Of a DNA stretch of 64,000 nucleotides, positions 21,220 to 31,812 are shown piece after piece; positions within the stretch are counted from its first letter, which is position 1; every line of letters starts with the position of its first letter. Location of the stretch: NCBI GenBank assembly GCA_052279835.1, contig CP181291.1:4800001-4864000 (forward strand). Reading direction: 5' to 3'. The position numbers and the translations under genes were made by a program. Source of the stretch: Microcoleus sp. Its GTDB lineage: Bacteria; Cyanobacteriota; Cyanobacteriia; Cyanobacteriales; Microcoleaceae. Below the pieces are notes generated by a model. The model was not told the origin of the DNA and did no database searches. It saw only the letters and a program-made list of their open reading frames with translations.

Positions 21220-23598
21220 ATGGAACGATTTATGTGTCTGAATTCAGGGGATATTCTGCGCGATCGCTACCGAATTATCGATGAACTAGGTGAGGGAGGA
21301 TTTGCCAGAACCTATAGGGCTGTCGATATACATGAACCCGACGAAAAGTCCCTGTGCGTCGTCAAGGAAATTAGGCAGCATCAATCTACAGATCCGCGAG
21401 CCTTGGAAAGGGCAAAACAGCTATTTGAAAGAGAAGCAACTACTCTGAAAATTTTAAGTCAGCACCCGCGCATTCCCGCGTTCATCGAGCATTTTCAAGA
21501 AAACGGGCTGTTCTACATTGTGCAAGAATATATTGACGGACATTCCTTACAAAAAGAATTTATTCCCAATCACCGCCAGACAGAAGAACAGGTAACAGAA
21601 TTATTACGAGATATCTTAGAAATTCTCAAGTTTGTCCACGAGAACAATGTCATCCACCGCGATATTACACCGTCGAATTTAATCCGGCGCAACAGCGATG
21701 AAAACATTGTTTTAATTGATTTTGGAGCCGTTAAAGAAATTGGCACGGTCGAGATAACTGCATCGGGAAGAACGAAAACCACAACCATCGGCACTCCCGG
21801 ATACAGCGCTCCCGAACAATTAAACGGTCAACCCAGATTATGCAGCGATATTTACTCGGTCGGTCTGATTGCAATTCAATTTTTGACGGGGGTGCATCCG
21901 GGAGAACTCCCGCAGGACCCAAGGACAGGTGAAATTATCTGGAATTACTCGCTTCCCAATCAACCTATGCTGCACGTTAACAAACATTTGGCAAATGTTT
22001 TGAACAAAATGGTGCGCTACCACTTTAATCATCGCTATCAATCTGTTGCTAAGGTGTTGCGGGACTTGGATGCGCCGCCTCTGCGGTGGAATTGGGTGTT
22101 GTTGGCGATCGCACCAATTGCGGTCGCAGGTACGATCGCGATCGATCGCAACAATATTTTCCCGTCAAAAACTGCTTTAGTCTTCAAAGATGGCTTAAGT
22201 GGTGGAGAAGAAATTCTGTTTACAAATTCTAGTTCTTGGCTCAAGAAAAAAGGAGTTGATGAGTTTGCAGCTTCAAATTCAAAGCAAGCTTTGAAAAACT
22301 TCAAAGAATCGTGGCAGAAAGAATACGGCAAAGATCCAGAAACTTTAGTTTACATGAACAATGCTTTTCTGGAGGCCAGCAAGATTCCTTATTACACAAT
22401 TGCTGTAGCCCTTCCCATCGGTTCGAGAAATCCAGACTCTCCTGCTCACATTGGCGATCGGGCAAAAGAAGTTCTGCGCGGAGTGGCTCAAGCGCAAACA
22501 GAAGTTAATTTAGGACTGCCAGCTTCTAGGAGCGAGCTCGAATTTCCATATCTTGGTTTTATACAAGGTAAAGCCTTTAATGGCAAAGGACTTAAAGTAA
22601 TTATTGCTGACGATGCGAACGATGAAGAAGAGGCAAAAAAAATAGCAAATTTACTGGTAAATCAACCGGAAATTTTAGCAGTTATCGGTCATACTAACAG
22701 CGAGATGACGATGGCCACAGTAGATGAGTACGATCGAAATAATTTGGTCTCTATCTCTCCTGGTGCTTCCACAGAAGAACTGACCTACGAGCCTAGAAAA
22801 TTTTTCTTTCGGACTCAATATGCGAGCAGTTTAATAGCTAAAGATTTAGCGGACTACCTGTTTGCAAAAAAACCAAAAAAAGCAACAATTATCTACAATC
22901 CGTCCAATCCATTCAGCGCATCTTTTAAGCAAGAGTTCACCAAGTATTTTGGAGGCAGTAAAGGTGGAAAAATAGTCCGAATTCGCGATTTTGATTTATC
23001 TAAAAAAGACTTCAACGCCCAAAGAGCAATAAAGGAGATCGAGGGAAAGGGAGAAACTGCGATCGCGTTAGTTCCCGACGCTCAAGTTACGACATCTCTA
23101 AACAACGCTGTTGAAATAGTAAAACTTAACGCCGATCGTGATTGGATTGTCGGGGCATGGACGCTGATGAGGTCAGAAACTTTAGAACTTGCATCACGGC
23201 AACCGAAAAAGTCGTTTAAAAAAATCATCTTATCTGTCGGCTGGCATCCTTTAAACAGTCCCAACAAAGCATTTCCCCAACAGGCTCGCTCGCTGTGGGG
23301 AGGAGAGGTAAATACCCGTACAGCTTCGGCTTACGATGCAGCCCGCGCAATTATAAAAGCCTTGGAAATGCAGCCCAAACCCAGCCGCGAAGGAATGCAA
23401 CAAATGCTTTCATATCCTGATTTTAGGGCAGAGGGAGCAACAGGAACCATTCAGTTTAACTCGCCGACAAATGGCGATCGCAAAAATCCTCCCAGCGATT
23501 TAGTACATATTGTAGAGTGTTCAAAAGAACAGTTCGGTCTCGCTTTTGTTCCCGTCAAGTATGCGACAGCGGCAGCGGCAGGTTTGCAGTGCGATTGA
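21220..23598 (+). CDS. Ser/Thr protein kinase fused to a periplasmic-binding-protein (LivJ-like) domain
   Basis: LGEGGFARTY, HRDITPSN, DFG, GTPGYSAPEQ, one TM segment, then VIGHTNS...AYDAARA; start could be 21220 or 21232. Confidence 0.9.
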   Translation: MERFMCLNSGDILRDRYRIIDELGEGGFARTYRAVDIHEPDEKSLCVVKEIRQHQSTDPRALERAKQLFEREATTLKILSQHPRIPAFIEHFQENGLFYIVQEYIDGHSLQKEFIPNHRQTEEQVTELLRDILEILKFVHENNVIHRDITPSNLIRRNSDENIVLIDFGAVKEIGTVEITASGRTKTTTIGTPGYSAPEQLNGQPRLCSDIYSVGLIAIQFLTGVHPGELPQDPRTGEIIWNYSLPNQPMLHVNKHLANVLNKMVRYHFNHRYQSVAKVLRDLDAPPLRWNWVLLAIAPIAVAGTIAIDRNNIFPSKTALVFKDGLSGGEEILFTNSSSWLKKKGVDEFAASNSKQALKNFKESWQKEYGKDPETLVYMNNAFLEASKIPYYTIAVALPIGSRNPDSPAHIGDRAKEVLRGVAQAQTEVNLGLPASRSELEFPYLGFIQGKAFNGKGLKVIIADDANDEEEAKKIANLLVNQPEILAVIGHTNSEMTMATVDEYDRNNLVSISPGASTEELTYEPRKFFFRTQYASSLIAKDLADYLFAKKPKKATIIYNPSNPFSASFKQEFTKYFGGSKGGKIVRIRDFDLSKKDFNAQRAIKEIEGKGETAIALVPDAQVTTSLNNAVEIVKLNADRDWIVGAWTLMRSETLELASRQPKKSFKKIILSVGWHPLNSPNKAFPQQARSLWGGEVNTRTASAYDAARAIIKALEMQPKPSREGMQQMLSYPDFRAEGATGTIQFNSPTNGDRKNPPSDLVHIVECSKEQFGLAFVPVKYATAAAAGLQCD

Positions 23599-23599
23599 A

Positions 23600-23792
23600 G
23601 TCGTTATCGCACTTAATAAAATCCCCAAAATTTTGCCAATATCTCTCAGGTAATATTCGATCGCATCAATAGACACAATAGGATTTCGCTAGATTCTACT
23701 TCTGATATATGGGCAAATAAATCTTGATTTTCCTGGAGAGTTAAGTCGAATTGCTTGACAAGTTCCTTTAGCTTGAATTCGTTGTAAGCCAT
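23600..23792 (-). pseudogene. Internally deleted remnant of a common cyanobacterial hypothetical protein
   Basis: MAYNEFKLKELVKQFDLTLQENQDLFAHISEVESSE joined out of frame to IVSIDAIEYYLRDIGKILGILL, resembling the N- and C-termini of one approx. 200-aa family. Confidence 0.55.
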
Positions 23793-23808
23793 TTTAAATT
23801 CTGTGTGG

Positions 23809-24648
23809 TTATTTTCCCAATTCTTGAGAACGCAAACAAGCTGCTTTCACTGCTTCGATCAGCGCGGAACGAAAGCCATTACTTTCGAGTTTAGCAATGC
23901 CGGCGATCGTTGTGCCACCGGGACTTGTGACTCTATCTTTCAATTCTGCTGGGTGCATTCCCGTTTCTTGTAATAGTTTCGCCGTACCGAATACTGTTTG
24001 TAGGGCTAATTGGGAGGCGATCGCCCGTGGCAGACCAGCACACACACCGCCATCTGTCAAGGCTTCGATCAAAATCGCCACATAACCTGGCCCTGAGCCC
24101 GAAAGTCCTGTAACCGCATCCAGCATATTTTCAGGGACTTCCACCACTTCTCCCACCGCCATAAAAATCCGCTTTACTAATTCTAAATCCGCCGGTTGCA
24201 CAAGTTTTCCAGGGGCGATCGCACTCATGCCCGCCCCCACCGTCGCCGGAGTATTGGGCATCACCCGCAGCACTCCCCGCCCTGGGAATGCCGGTTCGAG
24301 CTTGCTCAATGGTACTCCCGCCAAAATCGACACTACTAACGCTTCTGACTTAGTATTAGCAGTCTCTCCATTATTTCCCTGTTTGCGATCGTCCGCCACA
24401 GCCAATTCCAAAGCAACCGTCTCAAAAACTTGTGGTTTAATCGCCAAAAACAGCACTTCTGTAGCAGCAGCCACCTCTAGATTGCTGGCTGTTGTCCCAA
24501 TCCCGTATTTCTGAGTCAAAAACTGGCGGCGTTGGAGTTGTGGCTCGCTCACCAATATTTCCGAAGGCAAATAAACTTTTTGTGCAATTAAGCGGGATAA
24601 GAGAGCTTCTCCCATGACTCCACCGCCGATCGTACCAAATTTTATCAT
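23809..24648 (-). CDS. proC: Pyrroline-5-carboxylate reductase
   Basis: IGGGVMG, RVMPNTP, TGLSGSGPGY, VTSPGGTT. Confidence 0.97.
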   Translation of the reverse strand: MIKFGTIGGGVMGEALLSRLIAQKVYLPSEILVSEPQLQRRQFLTQKYGIGTTASNLEVAAATEVLFLAIKPQVFETVALELAVADDRKQGNNGETANTKSEALVVSILAGVPLSKLEPAFPGRGVLRVMPNTPATVGAGMSAIAPGKLVQPADLELVKRIFMAVGEVVEVPENMLDAVTGLSGSGPGYVAILIEALTDGGVCAGLPRAIASQLALQTVFGTAKLLQETGMHPAELKDRVTSPGGTTIAGIAKLESNGFRSALIEAVKAACLRSQELGK

Positions 24649-24735
24649 AATTATTTGTTATTTGTTGTTGGTTATTTGTTATTTGTTATTTGTTATTTGT
24701 TGTTTGTTTTAGATTTTTACTACTGATTGGTTGTT

Positions 24736-24840
24736 ATATCAATTCCGGTTGTATCGGAATGATTAAACCACAGAGAACACAGAGGACACAGAGAAAGAGA
24801 AGAGAGAAATCATAATTCCGATGTCAACGGATTTGATATT
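24736..24840. mobile_element. MITE-like repeat with approx. 28-bp imperfect terminal inverted repeats
   Basis: ATATCAATTCCGGTTGTATCGGAATGAT ... ATAATTCCGATGTCAACGGATTTGATAT; second copy at 5892-5991. Confidence 0.75.
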
Positions 24841-24938
24841 ACTCATGTTATTTGTCTCCCGCTTTGATGCCGGAGTCAGTAGTTATTAGTTAATAACTAC
24901 TAACTACTGACTACTAACTACTGACCACTGACTGATGA

Positions 24939-25556
24939 CTACTGAGCCATTTGAGCTTGTTCTGCTGGCCAGACTGTCGGTGCCGGAGCCGCCGTGCGGG
25001 GCCGTCCTTGAGCTGGAGGTACTTCGTGAACTACACCAGATTGAGTTCTTACCTGAACGCAGCTTGGTGTAAACAAGAAAATACTTTCGCCAATGCGTTC
25101 TTGATGACCGTCAAGGGCGTAAGTACCACCAGCTACAAAGTCTACAGCTCTTTGTGCTTGGTCTGGGTCCATAATGGTCAGATTCAAGACCACAGATTTC
25201 CGTTCCTTAAGCGCTCGAATTGCGGCCGGCATCTCTTCAAAAGTGCGCGGCTCCATAACTACCACTTCCGAAACTCCGTTCATAGCTCCAGGCATTCCAA
25301 TCACGTTATTCATTACTGACCCTACTCCCCCGGTTGGTGTAACAACATCTGTATTTGTCGGTCCTACTACTGCTCTCTCCCGCATTCTGCGATTTTGGCG
25401 ACGTTCTTCTTCAGCCGCCACTGCTGCTGCGGGATTCGGTTCAGGAGGTTGATAGGCGTTCTGATAGCGCGCCTCCTCCAATTCATCGTACTCGCCATCG
25501 TACTCTTCTTCGTTGTTAAAGCCCACAAAATCTTTTAACTTGGAAAAAATGCTCAT
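24939..25556 (-). CDS. sepF: Cell division protein SepF
   Basis: [14 protein letters not shown]...[31 protein letters not shown]. Confidence 0.96.
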   Translation of the reverse strand: MSIFSKLKDFVGFNNEEEYDGEYDELEEARYQNAYQPPEPNPAAAVAAEEERRQNRRMRERAVVGPTNTDVVTPTGGVGSVMNNVIGMPGAMNGVSEVVVMEPRTFEEMPAAIRALKERKSVVLNLTIMDPDQAQRAVDFVAGGTYALDGHQERIGESIFLFTPSCVQVRTQSGVVHEVPPAQGRPRTAAPAPTVWPAEQAQMAQ

Positions 25557-25660
25557 GATTTATTCTCCATAACGACTTTGCAGCCCCCACTATACTCGCC
25601 TTGCGCGTAAGTCACGGGTTGCTGACTAATTGATATTTAACCGATACTTTTTTGCTAACA

Positions 25661-25952
25661 TTTGAAGTTAAGATCAGAGCTGATATCTTTGATGATTTCT
25701 GCCTCTGGATCTGGCTGCTACATGAATTCTACCAATCTGGCGAGTTGATTTCGCTGTTTTGGTGAACTAAGTAGGCATTAGCAGACAAGGCTAACTCCAA
25801 TGGCACGGCGCTGGTAGGAATGTACATCGTAGAGCCTTTGCTTAGCCTCGTTGTTGATGCTTTTAATTTTCCCGACCTTGGCGTATCTTCTTAGTGTTTG
25901 AGGATGCAAGCCCAGAAATTCGACCGATGATTCTGAGTGGTACCTATGCCAT
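25661..25952 (-). pseudogene. tnpA: IS607-family TnpA (HTH plus serine recombinase) N-terminal relic
   Basis: MA*VPLR/SVEFLGLHPQTLRRYAKVGKIKSINNEAKQRLYDV...LVC*CLLSSPKQRNQLARLVEFM*QPDPEAEIIKDISSDLNFK, with three stops and one frameshift. Confidence 0.85.
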
Positions 25953-25979
25953 GAGTCGAATGTTAGCATATATGCGATG

Positions 25980-26645
25980 TCATCCTCTCCTAGAACCAAA
26001 TAAGGTTTGTCCTAGCCGTATCATAGTAGCACCGGCTTGAATAGCCAAGTGATAATCTCCTGACATTCCCATCGAGAGTTGCTCCATCTGAATATGGGGC
26101 AAATTTTGCTGCTGGATTTGGTCAGCCAGTTCGCGGGTAGTGTTAAAAAATTCTAGGATTTGTGAGTCATCTAATCCGAGGGGAGGTATTGTCATCAAAC
26201 CTTTAATTTTGAGGTGCTGACATCTGTTGAGTTCGGGAAGGTCTGCCAGTAGTTCGGGGATAGTCCAGCCGTATTTGTCTGGATCGGGCAAAATTTTAAC
26301 TTGCAAGCAAACTTGGGGAGAGCAGGATAGTTCCCCGGCTAGTCGATCGAGTCTAGTCGCAAGTTTTAAGTTGTCGAGAGAGTGAATCCACTGGAATTGC
26401 TCTAAAGCTTTGGCAGCTTTGTTTGCCTGCAAGTGGCCGATCAAGTGCCAATTGATACCGGGTAAATCTTGGAGTTGACTTTGTTTTTCGGCGGTCTCTT
26501 GAACCTTACTCTCCCCAAAGTCCCGAATTCCGGCATCGTAGGCTTCCCGAATCGCATCAGTAGATACTTGTTTGGTAACGGCAATTAACCTTACTGAGTC
26601 AGGCAATTGTTGGCGAATGGTAGCAATCCGAGAGGCAATAGTCAT
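25980..26645 (-). CDS. pipY: PLP-binding protein PipY (YggS family)
   Basis: LIAVTKQ, WHLIGHLQANK, LSMGMSGDY; downstream of pipX. Confidence 0.95.
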   Translation of the reverse strand: MTIASRIATIRQQLPDSVRLIAVTKQVSTDAIREAYDAGIRDFGESKVQETAEKQSQLQDLPGINWHLIGHLQANKAAKALEQFQWIHSLDNLKLATRLDRLAGELSCSPQVCLQVKILPDPDKYGWTIPELLADLPELNRCQHLKIKGLMTIPPLGLDDSQILEFFNTTRELADQIQQQNLPHIQMEQLSMGMSGDYHLAIQAGATMIRLGQTLFGSRRG

Positions 26646-26675
26646 AAAAAAAACCGATCGGCAATTACCAATTTG

Positions 26676-26945
26676 TTATTGAAAAGTTCGCTTGTGAACA
26701 ATCTGCAATTGGTCGTACTCCTTATATTGACCGCTGCGGCGGAGAGTGCGGAGGCGAATTTCGACCATTAGGCGAGCATCGGAACGACTGATGGGTTCAA
26801 ATCTCAAACCGCCAGGGCCGTTTGTTACTAAAAAAAACAGGCGTTGGGCGTATAGAGTCGTAAATAATTCTTGGCTGTCTTCAACCTGAGACACCCTGAA
26901 TAGAAGGCCAAAATTGGGATGATTAAGGTAGGTTTCGGTAGTCAT
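26676..26945 (-). CDS. pipX: PII/NtcA-interacting protein PipX
   Basis: ETYLNHPNFGLL...ELFTTLYAQRLFFLV. Confidence 0.95.
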   Translation of the reverse strand: MTTETYLNHPNFGLLFRVSQVEDSQELFTTLYAQRLFFLVTNGPGGLRFEPISRSDARLMVEIRLRTLRRSGQYKEYDQLQIVHKRTFQ

Positions 26946-26989
26946 TAAAAGCTCACAATCGGACAATTTTAGATTTTAGATTTTAGATT

Positions 26990-27606
26990 TTAGATTTGAG
27001 TTTCGCTCTCAGGTGGGACGGAGGTGGTTGAATGCGGGCTGCAAAGGGCGATCGCGGTGGGCCTACAGTAGTCTCCGTGGTGGCTGAGGCAAATTACCAC
27101 TGGCAATTTCTCCAAGTAGAGGCTAGTGTTGAGGCTGTTTCGTGCAGTCGCACCTTTGGGGCTCCACTGTCCGATCGTTCAACTTCGACATCTGTATAGC
27201 GCAGTCCACGCCATCCCGTGCCTAGGCAGGGCGGTTTCATTCTCCAAAAAACGAGGGCTTTGTAGGGGTAGTGCCCCCGTGCCTACCCCCCCACAGACCA
27301 TTTTCAGTCATTTCAGGCATTGGGGCAACCACGGGGGGATTGCCCCTACAAAGAATGAAACAGCCCTGCGTGCCTAGGGCCTTGACAACGGCTTCTTTTG
27401 CTGGCCCGCGCTCTGCTAGTTGGTTCTACGAAACTCGATTCATTTTACCTTTAATGCTGCTCTGTTGAGAATTTAGTTGCGCACAATCTTTTTGTGCGGC
27501 GGGCGTGTAAATTTTTTCCACAAAGCGATCGCCCCATCCCTGGCTTTGTGGCTTGAATGCGTGGAACGTCTACTATAATCTGTCCCTAGATAGATGTTAA
27601 ATTTTA
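26990..27606 (-). pseudogene. acpS: Holo-ACP synthase (AcpS-type PPTase) pseudogene interrupted by a MITE
   Basis: Manual translation without the MITE: IYLGTD/IVDVPRIQ..GDRFVEKIYTPA...[42 protein letters not shown]...LSHHGDY; stops and frameshifts present. Confidence 0.85.
27227..27368. mobile_element. 142-bp MITE with 17-bp TIRs and a 10-bp target-site duplication
   Basis: CAGGGCGGTTTCATTCT...AGAATGAAACAGCCCTG flanked by CGTGCCTAGG at 27217-27226 and 27369-27378; internal pair of GTAGGGG REP-like hairpins. Confidence 0.92.
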
Positions 27607-28599
27607 ACTGTCCCAACCCCAAACTAAGCGGGCACTCCAGAGGACTATTAAGCAGGCGATCGCGATCCAGTCTCGGATTTTTAAGTGCAACTGATGCCAT
27701 GCTACCCGATGTCGATCGGGACTGGTGAAGCCACGAACTTGCATGGCGCTAGCAATTTGTTCTGCTCGCAAAAGCAAGTTTTCTAACAATCGTTCAGCGA
27801 TCATCAACCATACTTGAGCAGCGCGTCTCAATCCTAGTTTTTTCCAGTTTATGGCTCTGGTTCGGACCGATCGCACTAAATTTTGAATTTCTTCCAATAC
27901 TAGGGGAATGAAGCGCAAAGATAAAGTTAAGGTTAAAGCTATTTCTGTCACCGGCCACTTCAAGCGGCGCAGGGGCTGCATTAAGTTTTCGATCGCAGTG
28001 GTAATTTCTTCGCTGGCTGTGGTAAGGAGATAGAGGTTGGTGCTGTAAATTACTGTAAAAAATAAGGTGCTAACGTTGATAGCTAAATCTAGGGATTTGC
28101 GGGTGATTTTGATCGGGCCTTGCTTAAGTAAAACGTAGTTATAATTTGTGGGTTGAGGGAGAGATTTTTGGGTTGGGGATTTGGGCTTTTGGTTGGTAGA
28201 TTTTGAGTCTAAATTAAAAGGTTCGTACCAGGGTTTTGGTTTAGTGGGTTCGGGGAGGGTTTTCGGCTGCTGGGAAAAGGCTAATTCGTCGGCGGGGAGA
28301 CGGGGCTGGTGTTCTGATGGGAGTGCATCTGGGGCGATCGTACTCAGGCCAAATACTAACAAGCAGAATAGCAACAACATTCCCATTTGCTGTTTCCACA
28401 CGCGGAGGGGAATTGCTGCACTTAGTGTCAGGATGATTAACATTCCGACTAGCATCAATCGCCAGATTGGATTGGCGAGTATGGGCGCAATCAGGAATGT
28501 CATCAACCAGGCTAATTTGACTCGCGGGTCGAGGCGGTGGAGCCAAGTTATGGGTTGTTCCAGGTATAGTCCAATGGGAAGCGATCTCAATAAATCCAT
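27604..28599 (-). CDS. ecfT: Energy-coupling factor transporter T component (CbiQ/EcfT)
   Basis: LHRLDPRVKL, LSLRFIPLVLEE, AMQVRGF. Confidence 0.9.
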   Translation of the reverse strand: MDLLRSLPIGLYLEQPITWLHRLDPRVKLAWLMTFLIAPILANPIWRLMLVGMLIILTLSAAIPLRVWKQQMGMLLLFCLLVFGLSTIAPDALPSEHQPRLPADELAFSQQPKTLPEPTKPKPWYEPFNLDSKSTNQKPKSPTQKSLPQPTNYNYVLLKQGPIKITRKSLDLAINVSTLFFTVIYSTNLYLLTTASEEITTAIENLMQPLRRLKWPVTEIALTLTLSLRFIPLVLEEIQNLVRSVRTRAINWKKLGLRRAAQVWLMIAERLLENLLLRAEQIASAMQVRGFTSPDRHRVAWHQLHLKIRDWIAIACLIVLWSARLVWGWDS

Positions 28600-28683
28600 C
28601 TTGTGTTTGTTAGATGTTAGATTTTTTAATTAATTTCAATTTATTTATTGGTGATTGATTGAAGGTTGATTAATTTATTTTTT

Positions 28684-28805
28684 GTGCAGCATCCCGATTT
28701 TGCCTAGGCGAAGCATGACCGCAGATATTTTATTAGTTATAACCACAGATTTACTGCGGTCATGCTTCGCCCCTACGAATATATTTGCCAAACTGAGATG
28801 CACCC
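28684..28805. repeat. REP/MITE-like palindromic element
   Basis: Perfect 18-bp stem GGCGAAGCATGACCGCAG / CTGCGGTCATGCTTCGCC followed by CCTAC; degenerate outer inverted repeats. Confidence 0.7.
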
Positions 28806-28937
28806 ATTTTTTTTAACTTTTGTTCTTTAATAAAAGCTTTGAATTTTAGATTAAGTTTTTTGCTGTAAATCGTAATTAATTATATCATCAAACAGCTTTT
28901 TTTTCAATCTAAAATCCAAAATCAACACTATCAAGAA

Positions 28938-30302
28938 TTACTTGACGCGCAGTGCTCTGTTTGTGCTGCTTTGTTCTGATTCACGAACTTTTTTGCCTCT
29001 CCAAAGTAAGCGCATGGGGGTTCCTGTAAAGCCTAGGTGTTTGCGAAATTGGCTTTCCATGTAGCGGCGATAGTTTTCGGTGAAGCGTTTGGTGTCGTTG
29101 ACAAAGAGGGCGATGGTTGGTGGTTGCGATCGCACTTGAGTGCCGTAATAGATTTTGCCTTGTTTTCCTTGGCGTGTCACTGGGGCGGAGTGCCAGCTTG
29201 TGGCTTCTTCTATGACTTCATTAATGACGGCGGTGGTGACGCGGCGTTTGTGTTCGCTGGATGCTTTATCTACTAATTCAATGGTTTTTTCTACTCGCTG
29301 TCCTGTCATGGCGCTAACAAAAATCATTTCTGCCCAATCCAGGAAATAAAGTCGAGCTCTGACTTCTTTTTCGTACTCGTAGATGGTATCGGATTCTTTG
29401 TCTTCTACGGCGTCCCATTTGTTGACGACGATGATGCAGGCTCTACCTTCTTGGCTGATGCGATCGGCTAATTTTTGGTCTTGATCGGTAACGCCATCAA
29501 TGGCATCTATTACTAGCAGTACGACATCAGCGCGACGGATGGCTTTGAAGGCGCGGTTGATCCCGAAGAATTCTGCACCGTATTCGACATTTTTCTTTTT
29601 GCGAATGCCGGCGGTGTCGATTAAACGGTAGGTGTTATCGCCACGCTTGACGATGGTGTCGATCGCATCGCGAGTTGTCCCGGAAATTGGGCTGACTATG
29701 GCGCGGTTTTCTCCCAGAAATGCGTTTAACAAACTGGATTTGCCGACGTTTGGCCTGCCAATAATTGCCACTTTAGTTTCTTCTACTTCCGGTAATACTT
29801 CTGTGGGAAGATAAGTAATTAATTGGTCGAGCAATTCGCCGGTGCCGTTGCCGTGGATGCCGGAAATTGGGTAAGGTTCTCCTAATCCTAATTGCCAAAA
29901 ATCTGCTGCTTGGGTGAGTCCGGTAGTTTCCGATTCGCATTTGTTGACGGCTAGAATGACGGGGACTTTTTGCAGTCTCAGCCAAGAGGCGATGGCTTCG
30001 TCGCCCCCAGTCAGTCCCACTTTTCCGTCCACTACGAAAATTGCTGCACTGGCTTCTGCGAGGGCGGCCATGGCTTGTTCGCGAATCATGGGCAGAAATT
30101 CGGTTTCGTCGTCGAATACTAGCCCGCCGGTGTCTACTACTTGATATTCGCGATCGCCCCAGTATGCTGGTCTGTAAGTGCGATCGCGCGTAATTCCCGG
30201 TTCGTCGTGGACGATGGCGTCTTGGCTGTTGGCTAGGCGATTGACAATGGTCGATTTGCCGACATTGGGGCGTCCAATAATAGCAACTATAGGTAGAGGC
30301 AT
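28938..30302 (-). CDS. der: Ribosome biogenesis GTPase Der
   Basis: Two GRPNVGKS GTPase domains plus a KH-like C-terminus. Confidence 0.98.
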   Translation of the reverse strand: MPLPIVAIIGRPNVGKSTIVNRLANSQDAIVHDEPGITRDRTYRPAYWGDREYQVVDTGGLVFDDETEFLPMIREQAMAALAEASAAIFVVDGKVGLTGGDEAIASWLRLQKVPVILAVNKCESETTGLTQAADFWQLGLGEPYPISGIHGNGTGELLDQLITYLPTEVLPEVEETKVAIIGRPNVGKSSLLNAFLGENRAIVSPISGTTRDAIDTIVKRGDNTYRLIDTAGIRKKKNVEYGAEFFGINRAFKAIRRADVVLLVIDAIDGVTDQDQKLADRISQEGRACIIVVNKWDAVEDKESDTIYEYEKEVRARLYFLDWAEMIFVSAMTGQRVEKTIELVDKASSEHKRRVTTAVINEVIEEATSWHSAPVTRQGKQGKIYYGTQVRSQPPTIALFVNDTKRFTENYRRYMESQFRKHLGFTGTPMRLLWRGKKVRESEQSSTNRALRVK

Positions 30303-30374
30303 AAAGGTGGCAGCAATCAGGCTGCTTTGTAATTTTGATGTTTGACCTTTTATTATAGGCTGAATGTGACTGAG

Positions 30375-31583
30375 ATGGACAGACTTATTTCTGTATTGGG
30401 TTTAGTGGTTTTTGTTGGGCTGTCCTATGCCTTTTCAGTCGATCGGCGCGCGGTTAAGTGGCCGCCGATACTGTGGGGAATTGCTTTACAGCTAATTTTC
30501 GCTATTTTGATTCTCAAAACTGCTCCGGGTTTGGCGGTATTTAAATTTTTGGGAGATTTAGTCACCCAGTTTCTCAATTTTTCTGATGCGGGGGCTAAGT
30601 TTGTCTTCGGTGACAATTTTGCTGAACATTTTATCGCTTTTAAAGTTCTTCCAACAATTATCTTTTTCTCTTCGTTTATTACTCTACTTTATCATTACGG
30701 AATTTTGCAGCGAGTGGTGCAGGTGGTGGCTTGGGGAATGATGAAAACCATGAAAACTTCCGGTGCAGAAACCCTTTCTTGTGCTGCGAATATCTTTATC
30801 GGACAAACGGAAGCTCCTCTGTTAATTAAACCCTATTTATCGACCATGACTCTCTCGGAACTTCATGCTGTGATGACGGGGGGTTTTGCGACAATTGCGG
30901 GGGGAGTAATGGCCGCTTATATTTCTTTTGGAGTGGCGGCGGAACATTTAATTGCCGCTTCGGTAATGTCCGCACCGGCGGCTTTGGCTATTTCTAAATT
31001 GCTGTACCCGGAAACGGAAAAATCCCTGACTGCTGGAGTGGTTGAGGTGAAGGTGGAACAGGTTTATGCAAATGCGGTGGATGCGGCTGCTTCTGGTGCT
31101 AGTGATGGGTTGAAGTTGGCGGTTAATGTGGCCGCTATGCTGATTGGTTTTTTGGGTTTGTTGGCTTTTTTTAATGCCGTTTTGGGTTGGTTTGGAGGGT
31201 TGATTAGTTTGCCTCAATTATCGCTGGAATGGATTTTTTCTTATTTAATGGCTCCCGTTGCTTGGCTGATGGGAGTGCCTTGGGCGGATTGTGGCAAGGT
31301 GGGGATGATTTTGGGTAAAAAGACGATTTTAAATGAGTTTATTGCTTATTTGGATTTGATGGATTTGGTGAAACAAAAGGCGATTTCGGAACGATCGCAA
31401 ATTATTACAATTTATGCTTTGTGCGGTTTTTCTAATATTGGGTCGATTGGAATTCAGATTGGGGGGATTGGGGCGATCGTTCCTCAGCGAAAGGGCGATT
31501 TGGCTCAGTTGGCTGTGAGGGCGATGATTGCTGGTTCTGTGGCTTGTTTCATGACTGCTTGTATTGCGGGAATGCTGCTCTAA
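30375..31583 (+). CDS. nupC: CNT-family nucleoside transporter
   Basis: [39 protein letters not shown]. Confidence 0.92.
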   Translation: MDRLISVLGLVVFVGLSYAFSVDRRAVKWPPILWGIALQLIFAILILKTAPGLAVFKFLGDLVTQFLNFSDAGAKFVFGDNFAEHFIAFKVLPTIIFFSSFITLLYHYGILQRVVQVVAWGMMKTMKTSGAETLSCAANIFIGQTEAPLLIKPYLSTMTLSELHAVMTGGFATIAGGVMAAYISFGVAAEHLIAASVMSAPAALAISKLLYPETEKSLTAGVVEVKVEQVYANAVDAAASGASDGLKLAVNVAAMLIGFLGLLAFFNAVLGWFGGLISLPQLSLEWIFSYLMAPVAWLMGVPWADCGKVGMILGKKTILNEFIAYLDLMDLVKQKAISERSQIITIYALCGFSNIGSIGIQIGGIGAIVPQRKGDLAQLAVRAMIAGSVACFMTACIAGMLL

Positions 31584-31812
31584 GGGCGATGGGTTGAGGT
31601 TATCTTAGTTGCTCATGGGTTTCTGTGCTCATGGGCACAAATTTTTCCTTTTCCTTCCAGGTCCTCACCACCTAAAAAATTGGTATATTAAATAAAAATT
31701 AAATAATCTAAAACTTTCTTTAATTTATGGTATTCGCTTGAGAGTTTTAGAGGCTAGACATCAAATTGTAGCGATCGGCTATTATGGTAAGTAGTCAGAA
31801 TTTTAATCTTTA

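Noticed and set aside
25778..25999. 73-aa ORF as a real gene
   Set aside because: It is one frame of the decayed IS607 tnpA and overlaps the pipY stop
27126..27700. Short ORFs at 27126, 27271 and 27473
   Set aside because: Explained by the acpS pseudogene and the MITE
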